64,000 nt of DNA. Source: Alphaproteobacteria bacterium. GTDB lineage: Bacteria; Pseudomonadota; Alphaproteobacteria; RF32; CAG-239. The translations under genes and the position numbers were made by a program. Of the stretch, positions 39,060 to 48,099 are shown in pieces. The stretch lies in contig JAZLAM010000016.1 in assembly GCA_045613125.1 (NCBI GenBank), forward strand, positions 4,699-68,698, in the 5' to 3' direction. How positions within the stretch are numbered: position 1 is the first letter of the stretch; the number at the start of each line of letters is the position of its first letter. The notes under the pieces were generated by a model. It did no database searches, had not been told where the DNA came from, and worked only from the letters and a program-made list of their open reading frames with translations.

Positions 39060-39824
39060 ATGATAAAAATTTCAGCATATATTGTTACTTTAAATGAAGA
39101 ATTGCGTTTAGATAGAACTTTAAAGGCTGTCTCAAAAGTTGCCGATGAAATCATTATTATTGATAGTGGAAGCACAGATAAAACTGAAAAAATTGCAAAG
39201 AAACATAAAGCAAAATTTATGTTTCATAAATGGAAAAATATTTCATCTCAGAAAAATTTTGCGCAAAACAAATGCTCAAATGATTGGGTTTTATCTCTTG
39301 ATTCTGATGAAGTTTTATCCGATGATTTGATACAAGAAATAAAACAAATCAAAAAAAATCCGACTGCAGATGCATATAAAGTAAAAATTTGCGATATGTT
39401 ACCCGGTGATAAAAAACCTCGTTTGCTTGCAAAAACATACAATCAAGTCCGTTTATATAACAGAAAAAAAGCCAACATGCCTGATGATTTAACTCATGAC
39501 AGGGTTGTTTTGGGAGATGATTGTCAAGTAGAACAATTAAAAGCAAAAGTTCATCACTATTCTTATGTAACATTAACTCAACTTTGGTTTAAGCTGAATA
39601 TGTATACCGACGAACTGGTTAAAACCGCTTTAGAAAAAAACAAAAAATATTCCAAACTTCGTTTATATACAGAATTTCCTCGCCAATTTTTGGTATACTA
39701 CTTTAAGCGTCGCTATTGTATGTATGGAACTTGCGGTTTTTGGATGGCAACATCATATGCATATTTTAGGTTTTTAAAAATTGCAAAATATTTTGAATAT
39801 AAAGCATTAAATAAAAAGAACTAA
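39060..39824 (+). CDS. GT2 glycosyltransferase (WaaE/KdtX-like LPS glucosyltransferase)
   Basis: IIDSGSTDKT, QKNFA, WVLSLDSDE, H.V..HHYSY. Confidence 0.88.
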   Translation: MIKISAYIVTLNEELRLDRTLKAVSKVADEIIIIDSGSTDKTEKIAKKHKAKFMFHKWKNISSQKNFAQNKCSNDWVLSLDSDEVLSDDLIQEIKQIKKNPTADAYKVKICDMLPGDKKPRLLAKTYNQVRLYNRKKANMPDDLTHDRVVLGDDCQVEQLKAKVHHYSYVTLTQLWFKLNMYTDELVKTALEKNKKYSKLRLYTEFPRQFLVYYFKRRYCMYGTCGFWMATSYAYFRFLKIAKYFEYKALNKKN

Positions 39825-39855
39825 AAATATCATCAGGGCATAATAAACAATAAAA

Positions 39856-40080
39856 GTCACCCCTCCGAGTGGAAAAAATAACACTGTCCCCCCCTATTTT
39901 GCCTAAAATCTCTATAAACTGTCACCCCTATTTTTTGCTTGCAATCGCTATACCGTCACCCCTCCGAACGAAGTGAGGTCAAGGGGTCTTCAAATTAATT
40001 AATCGGTAGATGCCTTGACCAAACCTTGCGGTTTGGAGGCATGACTATATTATATTTCCTTAACGGTTTAGAGGTATGAC
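39856..40080. repeat. Cluster 2 of GTCA...TGAC palindromic elements
   Basis: Stacked GTCACCCCT half-units, then GTCACCCCT..AAGGGGTCT / AGATGCCTTGAC..AGGCATGAC and AGGTATGAC. Confidence 0.85.
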
Positions 40081-40115
40081 AGGGGGTGTTTTGCCAGTAT
40101 AACACTTTAAATATT

Positions 40116-40146
40116 AAAAACCCCCTTGATAAACACACAAGGGGGT
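40116..40146 (-). terminator. Terminator of the Cys-rich gene
   Basis: ACCCCCTTG..CAAGGGGGT followed by TTTT on the minus strand. Confidence 0.75.
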
Positions 40147-40162
40147 GTTGTATAATTAAATG

Positions 40163-43100
40163 TTATTGTGTTTGCAAATGACATTCCGTATATAAAGGAC
40201 CGCCACATGTACCATCACTTGTTGATTTAATCATCTCTTCAGGCTTCACTTGGCCACCTAGTTCTTCACATGTGTCTTGCGATATTGGAGCTGTCGGAAG
40301 GTTTCCATCTTCATCCACTAACGGAGAAGAACCACCCGCACAGTTCTTTGTTTTCGTATCACATCTTGCAACATACTTACAATCTGAACTAACGTCTGGT
40401 ATTGTGCCCGTTACCGGATATGTTACTCCTGATGTACCTTCAAGATAACATCCTTTATCGCTCAGATCCGGACAGACACAACTTCCCTGATAATATGTTG
40501 TATTACATCGTGAAATTGTATTACCACCTGTAGGGACATCTTTTCCTTTGTTTTTACACTCTGCTTCTGTTACATAACCATCCGGTGTTGTACATTTAGC
40601 ATAATATTCACAGCCTTCAATACCCATACTTCCTGCATAGTAATACTCGCTACCCGCGGTCTTATTCTGATAATATCCTTGATCCTCTTTATCCGGACAG
40701 ACACATTGTGTACCTTCTTTGTAATATTTACCTCCACATTCTGATATCAAACCATTCTGATCAGGCTCCTGTCCTGTCGGACAGTTAAGCTCTTCTGCCG
40801 TTTTTGCTCCTGTGATTGGAGATGTGTAATGAAAACATTTCTCTATACTGCATGGAGCATATGCATAACATGATGTTTCAGTCTTTGGTGATGAACCATA
40901 ATGAGCGTATTCCATATAGAAGTACTCAGATAAACCAACATCACTTAAAGTTTTTACACCTCCCTCTGTTGGGTCTTCAGTAAAGTACTTACCACCACAT
41001 TCTGTATATTCTTCACAAGGAACACTTTTTGTTTTATAATAGAAACAACCTTCAGGAACTTCACCATATTCAGATGTAACATTAATTACATTTTCACCAG
41101 GCGTTTGACCTGACAATATATGGCCTTCTTTGACTTTGGGACAACAACGTTCTATCCCATTACTTGATAATTTGCTTCCTTCACATTTTGTATAATAACA
41201 ACCGATTTTTTCATCAAATGTTTCATCATCTTTATAATTTGGATAATGTTCACTTGTACTATCTGTAAAGCCTCTTGTTATGTCGTCTTCAAAACTTGCT
41301 TTATTTGCATATATTGTCTCATCGCTTTTTTTAGCTTGACAGCAATCACCACTGCTGAAATAATAATGACCACCACATTCACTATAACAATTTGCACTTT
41401 TTACACAAGGCGTAAAGTAACCACATACCTTATAACCAGAAGGAGGCAAATCTTGCTCAGTAAAATAGTCTGCGCATGGAGAATTTGGATCTATTGTTTT
41501 TTCACAATTTTGAAATATATAACATCCAACACCTGTATCGAGAGTGATATATCTACTCTCGAAGTTAACCCAAGAACTTCCCGTAGATATCATACACGTC
41601 GCGGATCTTTTATAATATTCAACTTCCTTACCAGCGTTTTGCAAATCTTTAACATATTCTTCACATCCATTTATACAATCGCTTGCGCAATATTCTTTTT
41701 CTGTTATAGGATCTATTGCCTTCTCACAATACTTACCGTCATAAGAGTTACACTTTGTTTTAGGTTCTTCCATACAATTTTCCGGTTTGCAATATTTCCT
41801 TATACCGCCAACATCATCAATTATTGTTGCTTCTTTACAAACTTGCCCTGATGGACATGCTGCTGGCACACACTCTCCGGTACAAGCAGATCTCTCGTTA
41901 TAAAAGGTAGATTCTGTACATATATAACCCTCTTCACACTTATCTTCAGTTCCACACTTGCCATCGCAACGGATTCCTGCTTCACTTTCTGACAGCACCG
42001 TTCCAACGCACACTTCTTCTCCGGTACAAAAATCTGTCATTTCATCTATAGAGGCAGATGATAAACACTTCTCATTGCTATCTGGAGCTCTAAAATATGC
42101 ATACACCAATGTAAAAGCTGGTCCCTCTTGTGCATTAGCACAGCCTGGAACAAGCTCTCCGGTAAACACTTGTAAATCTCCCGTTTCATCTGAACCGCAT
42201 TTACCGGTTTCATTGTTACAATGCACAACATCTCCAGCCTCTATCTTTAGAGTAGGAATTCTTATTCCAGATTTAGATAATGGAGCTTCTAGAATACGTA
42301 TTTCGCATCCTTCTGGTTTTCCTGCATTAAATGTTGTACATTTACAATCTGTGATATACTCTTTACCTCCACATTCTACACGCGTACCATCGAGAGTAGT
42401 ACCAAACATTATTTGTTCTCCATTTTGTGTCAGATTCAAACATCTTTTACCATTTGCCATGCTAGAATCATCAACATCAGCCGTTTTCCAACCTGGAAAA
42501 GCATTCTCTTCGTTATCAGGTGTAGAATCGTAAACAATAGAAAAACTACCACCACAATCATATTCTTCACTCATACACTCATGCAGACGCACCTTTAAAA
42601 TATCGTCACCAGCAATAATATGACACGGTCTTACCCAATAATACCCGTTATTTAACCAATATTCAGCTTCATTTTCACTATAAGTTTTACCTTTCCAATA
42701 TCCTTCATCCTCTGCGTTCACCAGACCTTCTCGTACTGACCATTTATCACTTTCTTTCGGAGGTAAAACTATTTCACATATCCCTGAATCTTCACTATAA
42801 CCTAGCTGATTTTTATTAATATTCATACATAAAGCAGGATTCACTTCACATCCCTCAAAATATCGCTTATTATCGATTGCTTTGCAATAGAAAGAGCCTA
42901 CTGTCGTACCTTGTTCACCAATATCACCACTACAATATTTATAACCTAATGTTGCACAGTCAAACTGTGGCTCACAAGTCCGACTTTGCTCCCCAAGGAC
43001 ATAATTAATCTCACATGTATCACTTATACAGTTACAATCTTCCATGCAATTATCATCATTATCGTTACAACCATCATTGTTAATATCATAACAAGCTTTT

Positions 43101-44008
43101 CTTGAAGCTACCAACGTTTGTCCATATTCTAATGAGGTGGTCTCACAACCCGTAACTTGCCAACAACCGTTAGAATCTAGAGTACACACAGCATAGAGCA
43201 TCGAAGCTTTACATAGGTCGTCTGTTGTATATTCACCATTAGCACTATTACATTCATATGGAGGGTCCTTACATTCTACCTCATCAGATATGCACATACC
43301 TTTCTTGCCGGGGAAAGCAACATTTATAGGCTGTTTCTTTCTAGTACAACCTTTACCATCACACTCCGCAGGACAAGCATTAGGATCCGGATTTTGGGTT
43401 ACAAACGTATAACCGTCAGGACAACTACAATCATTAGTGTATATACCACATTCTTGTCCTGGTTTTAAACCTTGTCTTTTGCATTCTTGCGTTTTAATAT
43501 TATATTCATCTTTACACTCACAAAGCTTAAATAAAATGTTACCATCTTTATCTTCACAAGAATCGTTATTACTGTTGTCTGATGGTTCCATCGGATCTTC
43601 ACACAGTTTATAGTCTCTTGGGCAACTGGTATTTTCTAAAAGACAGCATCTGCCACATTCTACAACACTGCAGTTATATTTATCTCTATTTTTAACACCA
43701 TCTTCAGCATAGTCTTCCAAATCAATATAACCGGCTCTACAGCCTTTTTCTTTATAATAATAACCTGTACTATCTTCACAAACCAAGTTGGTATATTCCA
43801 TAGCAGAACACCGATCTTCTTCCAAAACCAACGTTTCCCCGCTATATCTTTCTGTGCAAGGTTCTTCACCTTCATCAACAACTACAGGCTGACTTTGCCC
43901 TTTTTGACACTCTAAATCTGCCAAAAAACAAACCCTTGCGTTGACGGAACCGGCCAACAAGCAAGCAGAAAAAACGGCTAAAAACAAGGACTTCCAACGT
44001 GTGTTCAT
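40163..44008 (-). CDS. Large secreted cysteine-rich repeat protein (~1281 aa)
   Basis: Signal peptide MNTRWKSLFLAVFSACLLAGSVNA|RVCF; dense Cys; recurring (S/T)ECGGxY(Y/F) and CVCPD motifs; GGAG RBS 44016-19. Confidence 0.88.
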   Translation of the reverse strand: MNTRWKSLFLAVFSACLLAGSVNARVCFLADLECQKGQSQPVVVDEGEEPCTERYSGETLVLEEDRCSAMEYTNLVCEDSTGYYYKEKGCRAGYIDLEDYAEDGVKNRDKYNCSVVECGRCCLLENTSCPRDYKLCEDPMEPSDNSNNDSCEDKDGNILFKLCECKDEYNIKTQECKRQGLKPGQECGIYTNDCSCPDGYTFVTQNPDPNACPAECDGKGCTRKKQPINVAFPGKKGMCISDEVECKDPPYECNSANGEYTTDDLCKASMLYAVCTLDSNGCWQVTGCETTSLEYGQTLVASRKACYDINNDGCNDNDDNCMEDCNCISDTCEINYVLGEQSRTCEPQFDCATLGYKYCSGDIGEQGTTVGSFYCKAIDNKRYFEGCEVNPALCMNINKNQLGYSEDSGICEIVLPPKESDKWSVREGLVNAEDEGYWKGKTYSENEAEYWLNNGYYWVRPCHIIAGDDILKVRLHECMSEEYDCGGSFSIVYDSTPDNEENAFPGWKTADVDDSSMANGKRCLNLTQNGEQIMFGTTLDGTRVECGGKEYITDCKCTTFNAGKPEGCEIRILEAPLSKSGIRIPTLKIEAGDVVHCNNETGKCGSDETGDLQVFTGELVPGCANAQEGPAFTLVYAYFRAPDSNEKCLSSASIDEMTDFCTGEEVCVGTVLSESEAGIRCDGKCGTEDKCEEGYICTESTFYNERSACTGECVPAACPSGQVCKEATIIDDVGGIRKYCKPENCMEEPKTKCNSYDGKYCEKAIDPITEKEYCASDCINGCEEYVKDLQNAGKEVEYYKRSATCMISTGSSWVNFESRYITLDTGVGCYIFQNCEKTIDPNSPCADYFTEQDLPPSGYKVCGYFTPCVKSANCYSECGGHYYFSSGDCCQAKKSDETIYANKASFEDDITRGFTDSTSEHYPNYKDDETFDEKIGCYYTKCEGSKLSSNGIERCCPKVKEGHILSGQTPGENVINVTSEYGEVPEGCFYYKTKSVPCEEYTECGGKYFTEDPTEGGVKTLSDVGLSEYFYMEYAHYGSSPKTETSCYAYAPCSIEKCFHYTSPITGAKTAEELNCPTGQEPDQNGLISECGGKYYKEGTQCVCPDKEDQGYYQNKTAGSEYYYAGSMGIEGCEYYAKCTTPDGYVTEAECKNKGKDVPTGGNTISRCNTTYYQGSCVCPDLSDKGCYLEGTSGVTYPVTGTIPDVSSDCKYVARCDTKTKNCAGGSSPLVDEDGNLPTAPISQDTCEELGGQVKPEEMIKSTSDGTCGGPLYTECHLQTQ

Positions 44009-44116
44009 GGTAAATCTCCATATAATTATATTGCGCAAACATTATATATACGTTTTATTTTATCATCTTTTTTTTATCTTTGCAAATATTTTTTATGTCA
44101 TAAGGTGTTTTTTACA

Positions 44117-44374
44117 CTAATTTGAAGCCCCCTTGAATTTTTTGCAAGCAAAAAATAGGGGTGACGGTATAGCGATTGTAAGCAAAAAAACAGGGGGGAC
44201 GATTTTTATTTAAAATAACCCTTGTCATGCCTCGATTCCGCTAGGAATCGTCAAGGCATCTACAAATTAATTACTAATCTGAAGACCGCTTGACCTCGCT
44301 TTGCTCGGAGCGGTGACAATATTATTTTTCGCTCGGAGCGGTGACAATGTATGGTTATTCGTTCGGAGCGATGA
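44117..44374. repeat. Cluster 3 of GTCA...TGAC palindromic elements
   Basis: 44117-44165 is nearly the reverse complement of 7591-7638; GTCATGCCT..AAGGCATCT / AGACCGCTTGAC..AGCGGTGAC plus two stacked CG(C/T)TCGGAGCG(G/A)TGA copies. Confidence 0.85.
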
Positions 44375-44412
44375 TTTTGTAGAGCATCATCAACCCAGTT
44401 AAAAAGTTTTTA

Positions 44413-44949
44413 TTACCACTTACCCCAATGTACTTTTTCTGCCATATATCTGTCTTCAGGTTGCTTTGCTTCTTCTAGAGGATATCCGATTGGAACAATT
44501 GCAATCGGTTTTATATTTTCCGGTAAATTAAACAATTTTTTTGCACCATCAACAATTGAAGGTATCGGAGTTGCAGCACAATAGCAAGCGCCCAACCCTT
44601 TTGCATGGCAAGCAAGCAATATATTTTGTGTTGCCAAAGCACAATCTACATCTGAAAAACTCCAATAAGGTTCATTTTCTTTGCTATGAAAAGATTTATC
44701 CGTATTGGCACAAACAAGTATAACACACGATGCGTTCTTAGCAAAAGTTGTCCAAGGCTGAAACTCTCTAACCTTATCCATAACAGACAGATCTTCCAGA
44801 ACCAAAAATTCCCATGGTTGTTTGTTATGAGCAGAAGGAGCATAACAAGCCGCTCTTAAAACCTCTTCAATATCTTGTTTCGAAACTTTTTTGTTTGTAT
44901 CAAAAAAACGAACTGAGCGCCTTGTTAAAAGGCCTTGCATTAAATCCAT
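44413..44949 (-). CDS. Nitroreductase family protein
   Basis: RRSVR.F, APSAHNKQPWEF, QNILLA.HAKGLG.C, IGYP. Confidence 0.92.
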   Translation of the reverse strand: MDLMQGLLTRRSVRFFDTNKKVSKQDIEEVLRAACYAPSAHNKQPWEFLVLEDLSVMDKVREFQPWTTFAKNASCVILVCANTDKSFHSKENEPYWSFSDVDCALATQNILLACHAKGLGACYCAATPIPSIVDGAKKLFNLPENIKPIAIVPIGYPLEEAKQPEDRYMAEKVHWGKW

Positions 44950-44970
44950 ATTTCTCTCCCCTTTATTAAA

Positions 44971-46770
44971 TTATAAATTAAGTTTTCTATCAAGTTCTTC
45001 AAGTTTATCAATGTATGAAGATATCAAATTTAAACCTTTCTGCCAAAAATCAGGCTTTTCAGGGTTGAGACCAAAAGGTTTTAATATATCTTCATAATCA
45101 CCTATTGATGTTTTAGAAAGAAGCTCTAAATATTTATCGGCAAAATTTTCAACCGTTCCTTCAGTATTTACCTGATATAACGAATTTACCAAACAATCCG
45201 CAAACGAATATGCATATACATAAAACGGTAAGAAGAAAAAGTGACCTACATTTGACCATATATATTTACAATTTTCATCAACTTTTACATAATCGCCAAG
45301 ACTGGCTTCCATTTCTTCAAGCCAAATTTGACACAATCTGTCTTCAGAAAGCTCACCGAATTTACGCTCATCGTGAACTCTTGTTTCAAAACAATGGAAC
45401 GCTATCTGTCTTACAGCCGTGTTTATCATGTCGCCAACTTTTGATGCAATTAAACAAAGTTTTGTTTTGTCATCTTTAGTAGAATTGAGCATATTTTGGA
45501 ACACCAGCATCTCACCAAACACCGAAGCCACCTCTTCTGTTGTCATACGAGAACGTTCATTAAGATCGCCGTTTTTAACCCTAAGCTGATGGTGACAACC
45601 ATGCCCTAACTCGTGAGCTAACGTTAAAACATCATTTTGTTTTCCGGCAAAATTCAAAAACAGATAAGCATGCTCGCTTGCAATCGGTGCACTACAAAAA
45701 GCTCCGCTCCTTTTGCCGTCACGAGGAGGAACATCTATCCACGCATTATCAAAAAATTGTTGCGCAATTTTACCAAGATTTTCAGAAAATCCGTAATAGC
45801 CTTTTAACACCGTATCAACAGCTTCTTGCCAAGAATATGTAACATCTGCCGAAAAAGGAAGAGGAGCATTTCGATCCCAATAGCTAAGTTTATCAACTCC
45901 GAGCCATTTTGCTTTAAGTTTATAAAACCTGTGTGCAATGTTTTTATAATTATCTCTAACTGTTTGCGTCAAAGATTCTACAACTTTATCATCAACATCT
46001 TCATATAAATTTCGAGCTGAAATAGGTTTTTTGAAACCACGTTTTGCATCCTCTATGGCTTTATCTTTAACTATCATATTATAGACCAAAGAAAACAATG
46101 GGGCGTGTTGTTTGGCAACTCTGTTTATTTCTGTACCGGCTTTATGACGAAGCTCCATATCTTTTTCAAGCAAAAGTTTTGAAATTTGGGCATCGTTATA
46201 TTTTTTACCATCAACGTCAAACTCTTGTCGTGAGGAAGTTTCTTCATATAAACGAACCCAAGCCTCTGATGATGTAACCGATTTTTCAAGTAAAATTTCT
46301 TCTACTTGCTCGCTTAATTCATACTTTTTATATTTACGAACATTTTTTATATATGGCTTATAAAAAGCAACATCTTTATCTTTTAACCATTGTCTTATTT
46401 TTTCTTCCGGCAACTGATTTATTTCCAAAGAAAAAAACACCAACGGCTTAGAATATTCGGTAAGTTTTTCACTAATATTCTGATAAAAAGCCATCGCTTC
46501 TTGATTTTTCATTTGAGTAGACATGTTAAGATATGCAAAGCCACTTAAACGAGCTGAAAGTTTACCACGCTTTTCACTGTCTTTGAGAGCCTGCAAAAAT
46601 TCTTTTGATGATAAAGAAGCCAATTTTCCTTTATATTTACGTGCAAAAGATATGGCGCTTTTACGATATTTTTCTAAATCTTTTTCAATTTTATCCGAAT
46701 GCATACTCTCGTATAAATCTGACAAATCCCATGCGGGCAAATCAGTCATCGTTTGGTTGTTTTTGTTCAT
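44971..46770 (-). CDS. pepF: M3-family oligoendopeptidase F
   Basis: LP.WDLSDLY, GKRSGAFC, LAHELGHG.H, E.ASVFGE, FYVYAY.F; start 46770 or 46749. Confidence 0.93.
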   Translation of the reverse strand: MNKNNQTMTDLPAWDLSDLYESMHSDKIEKDLEKYRKSAISFARKYKGKLASLSSKEFLQALKDSEKRGKLSARLSGFAYLNMSTQMKNQEAMAFYQNISEKLTEYSKPLVFFSLEINQLPEEKIRQWLKDKDVAFYKPYIKNVRKYKKYELSEQVEEILLEKSVTSSEAWVRLYEETSSRQEFDVDGKKYNDAQISKLLLEKDMELRHKAGTEINRVAKQHAPLFSLVYNMIVKDKAIEDAKRGFKKPISARNLYEDVDDKVVESLTQTVRDNYKNIAHRFYKLKAKWLGVDKLSYWDRNAPLPFSADVTYSWQEAVDTVLKGYYGFSENLGKIAQQFFDNAWIDVPPRDGKRSGAFCSAPIASEHAYLFLNFAGKQNDVLTLAHELGHGCHHQLRVKNGDLNERSRMTTEEVASVFGEMLVFQNMLNSTKDDKTKLCLIASKVGDMINTAVRQIAFHCFETRVHDERKFGELSEDRLCQIWLEEMEASLGDYVKVDENCKYIWSNVGHFFFLPFYVYAYSFADCLVNSLYQVNTEGTVENFADKYLELLSKTSIGDYEDILKPFGLNPEKPDFWQKGLNLISSYIDKLEELDRKLNL

Positions 46771-47287
46771 TTTCTTCTTCCTCTTCCAATTTTTCTTCAA
46801 CATCTTCTTCATATTCAAAAGGTTTCATAATTTTTTGAGCATCAAGAGTTTCTTGTTGCATAAGCGTTTGTTCAAGAATTTTTCTTTCTTTATCCAAGTT
46901 TTCCATATCTTCGGAAAGATAAGGATTTTCTTGATAAAATTTCATAAGTTCTTCATCTTCTTCAAGCTTATTTTTTTCCAAAACAGGTTCAAAAAAATAA
47001 TTTGCCCAAGGGGTTTTCTGCTCACCTTTAAGCCAATTTACAAAACCTTTTGCAACAACTTTTGTATCACAATATGTATTTTCAACTATTATTTTTACAA
47101 GTTTTAAAGTGCTTTGTTCTTCATTTTTTAATATTTTTTCTGACATTTGTTTAGTACACGGAATAAAACCACGTTCTAAATCATCTTCTTTCGGAGAAAA
47201 TAAAACAAACAAAAACACCATCAAATATGTTGATACAAAAAGTGTAATCAGCAAAGTAAACCAATATTTTTTAAAAAAATTACGCAT
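46742..47287 (-). CDS. Hypothetical membrane-anchored protein
   Basis: N-terminal TM helix; overlaps glmU stop and pepF start. Confidence 0.75.
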   Translation of the reverse strand: MRNFFKKYWFTLLITLFVSTYLMVFLFVLFSPKEDDLERGFIPCTKQMSEKILKNEEQSTLKLVKIIVENTYCDTKVVAKGFVNWLKGEQKTPWANYFFEPVLEKNKLEEDEELMKFYQENPYLSEDMENLDKERKILEQTLMQQETLDAQKIMKPFEYEEDVEEKLEEEEENEQKQPNDD

Positions 47288-48011
47288 TTTCTCTTTTCTT
47301 TAAATATGTTTCTAACATTGCAAGTTCTTCTCGTGTATTAGCACTTGCCACTTCTTCAGCATCACCTTCAAAAGCCGTACATTTTAAGCCCATTTTTGAA
47401 GCAACTTCAACAGCATCTGTAAGATAATATTCGCCGGCAGCATTTTCATTGCCTATTTTAGCTAATATATCAAATAAAACTTTACCATCAAAAGCCATAA
47501 AACCGGAATTACAAAAATCTATAGCTCTTTCTTCTTCCGTAGCGTCTTTATATTCAACGATTCGCTCTAATGTATTGCCGTTCATTTTTAAACGTCCGTA
47601 ACGAGACGGATCTTTAGGTCTAAAACCTAATACAACCACACTATATCCTTCACGAACCTTATTAACTGAGCGTTCAAAAGTTTCTTTTTTAATAAGAGGA
47701 GTATCTCCGAAAATTACCATAACAGGACCATCAAAGTCTTTTAAAATATCAGATGCACAATTTACCGCATGTCCGGTTCCGAGTTGTTTATCTTGAACAC
47801 ATGTCTTATATGGTGCAACTTCTTTTTTTACAATATCACCATCCGGAGCAATTACCGTAACTATCTCATCAACTTTAAGTTCTTCTAAGGTGTCTATAAT
47901 CCGTTTTACCATTGATTTATTGCATACAGGCATCATAACTTTCGGTAAGTCAGATTTCATGCGAGTACCCTTTCCGGCTCCTAAAATAATTGCGGCAATT
48001 TTATTGTTCAT
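47280..48011 (-). CDS. glmU: GlmU N-terminal uridyltransferase domain only (243 aa)
   Basis: LGAGKGTRMKSDLPK, QLGTGHAV, GDTPLI, YGR, IVEYKDA, GEYYLTD; no hexapeptide acetyltransferase domain. Confidence 0.88.
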   Translation of the reverse strand: MNNKIAAIILGAGKGTRMKSDLPKVMMPVCNKSMVKRIIDTLEELKVDEIVTVIAPDGDIVKKEVAPYKTCVQDKQLGTGHAVNCASDILKDFDGPVMVIFGDTPLIKKETFERSVNKVREGYSVVVLGFRPKDPSRYGRLKMNGNTLERIVEYKDATEEERAIDFCNSGFMAFDGKVLFDILAKIGNENAAGEYYLTDAVEVASKMGLKCTAFEGDAEEVASANTREELAMLETYLKKRENA

Positions 48012-48099
48012 AAATTTTCTCCTTTTGTTTTATCTTTTTTTAATATCTGTATCATATAATACAAAATATGTTTTATTAGTTAATATCGGGAATAACTTT

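Noticed and set aside
41246-42533. 201-aa and 191-aa plus-strand ORFs
   Set aside because: Antisense shadows inside the Cys-rich gene; no RBS or recognisable motifs.
40163-44008. Cys-rich or pilin genes as diversity-generating retroelement targets
   Set aside because: No reverse transcriptase and no TR/VR pair with adenine-specific mismatches is visible in the window.
44284-44374. Three CG(C/T)TCGGAGCG(G/A)TGA repeats with short spacers, considered as a CRISPR array
   Set aside because: Repeats of about 16 bp and spacers of 12-14 bp are too short; they are stacked ends of the palindromic element; no cas genes in the window.
47890-48099. Upstream extensions given by the ORF track (DUF2207, alaS, aspS, PLD, LysR, pepF, tspO, pilins)
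   Set aside because: They overlap neighbouring genes or promoters; downstream ATGs have better RBS or signal-peptide context.
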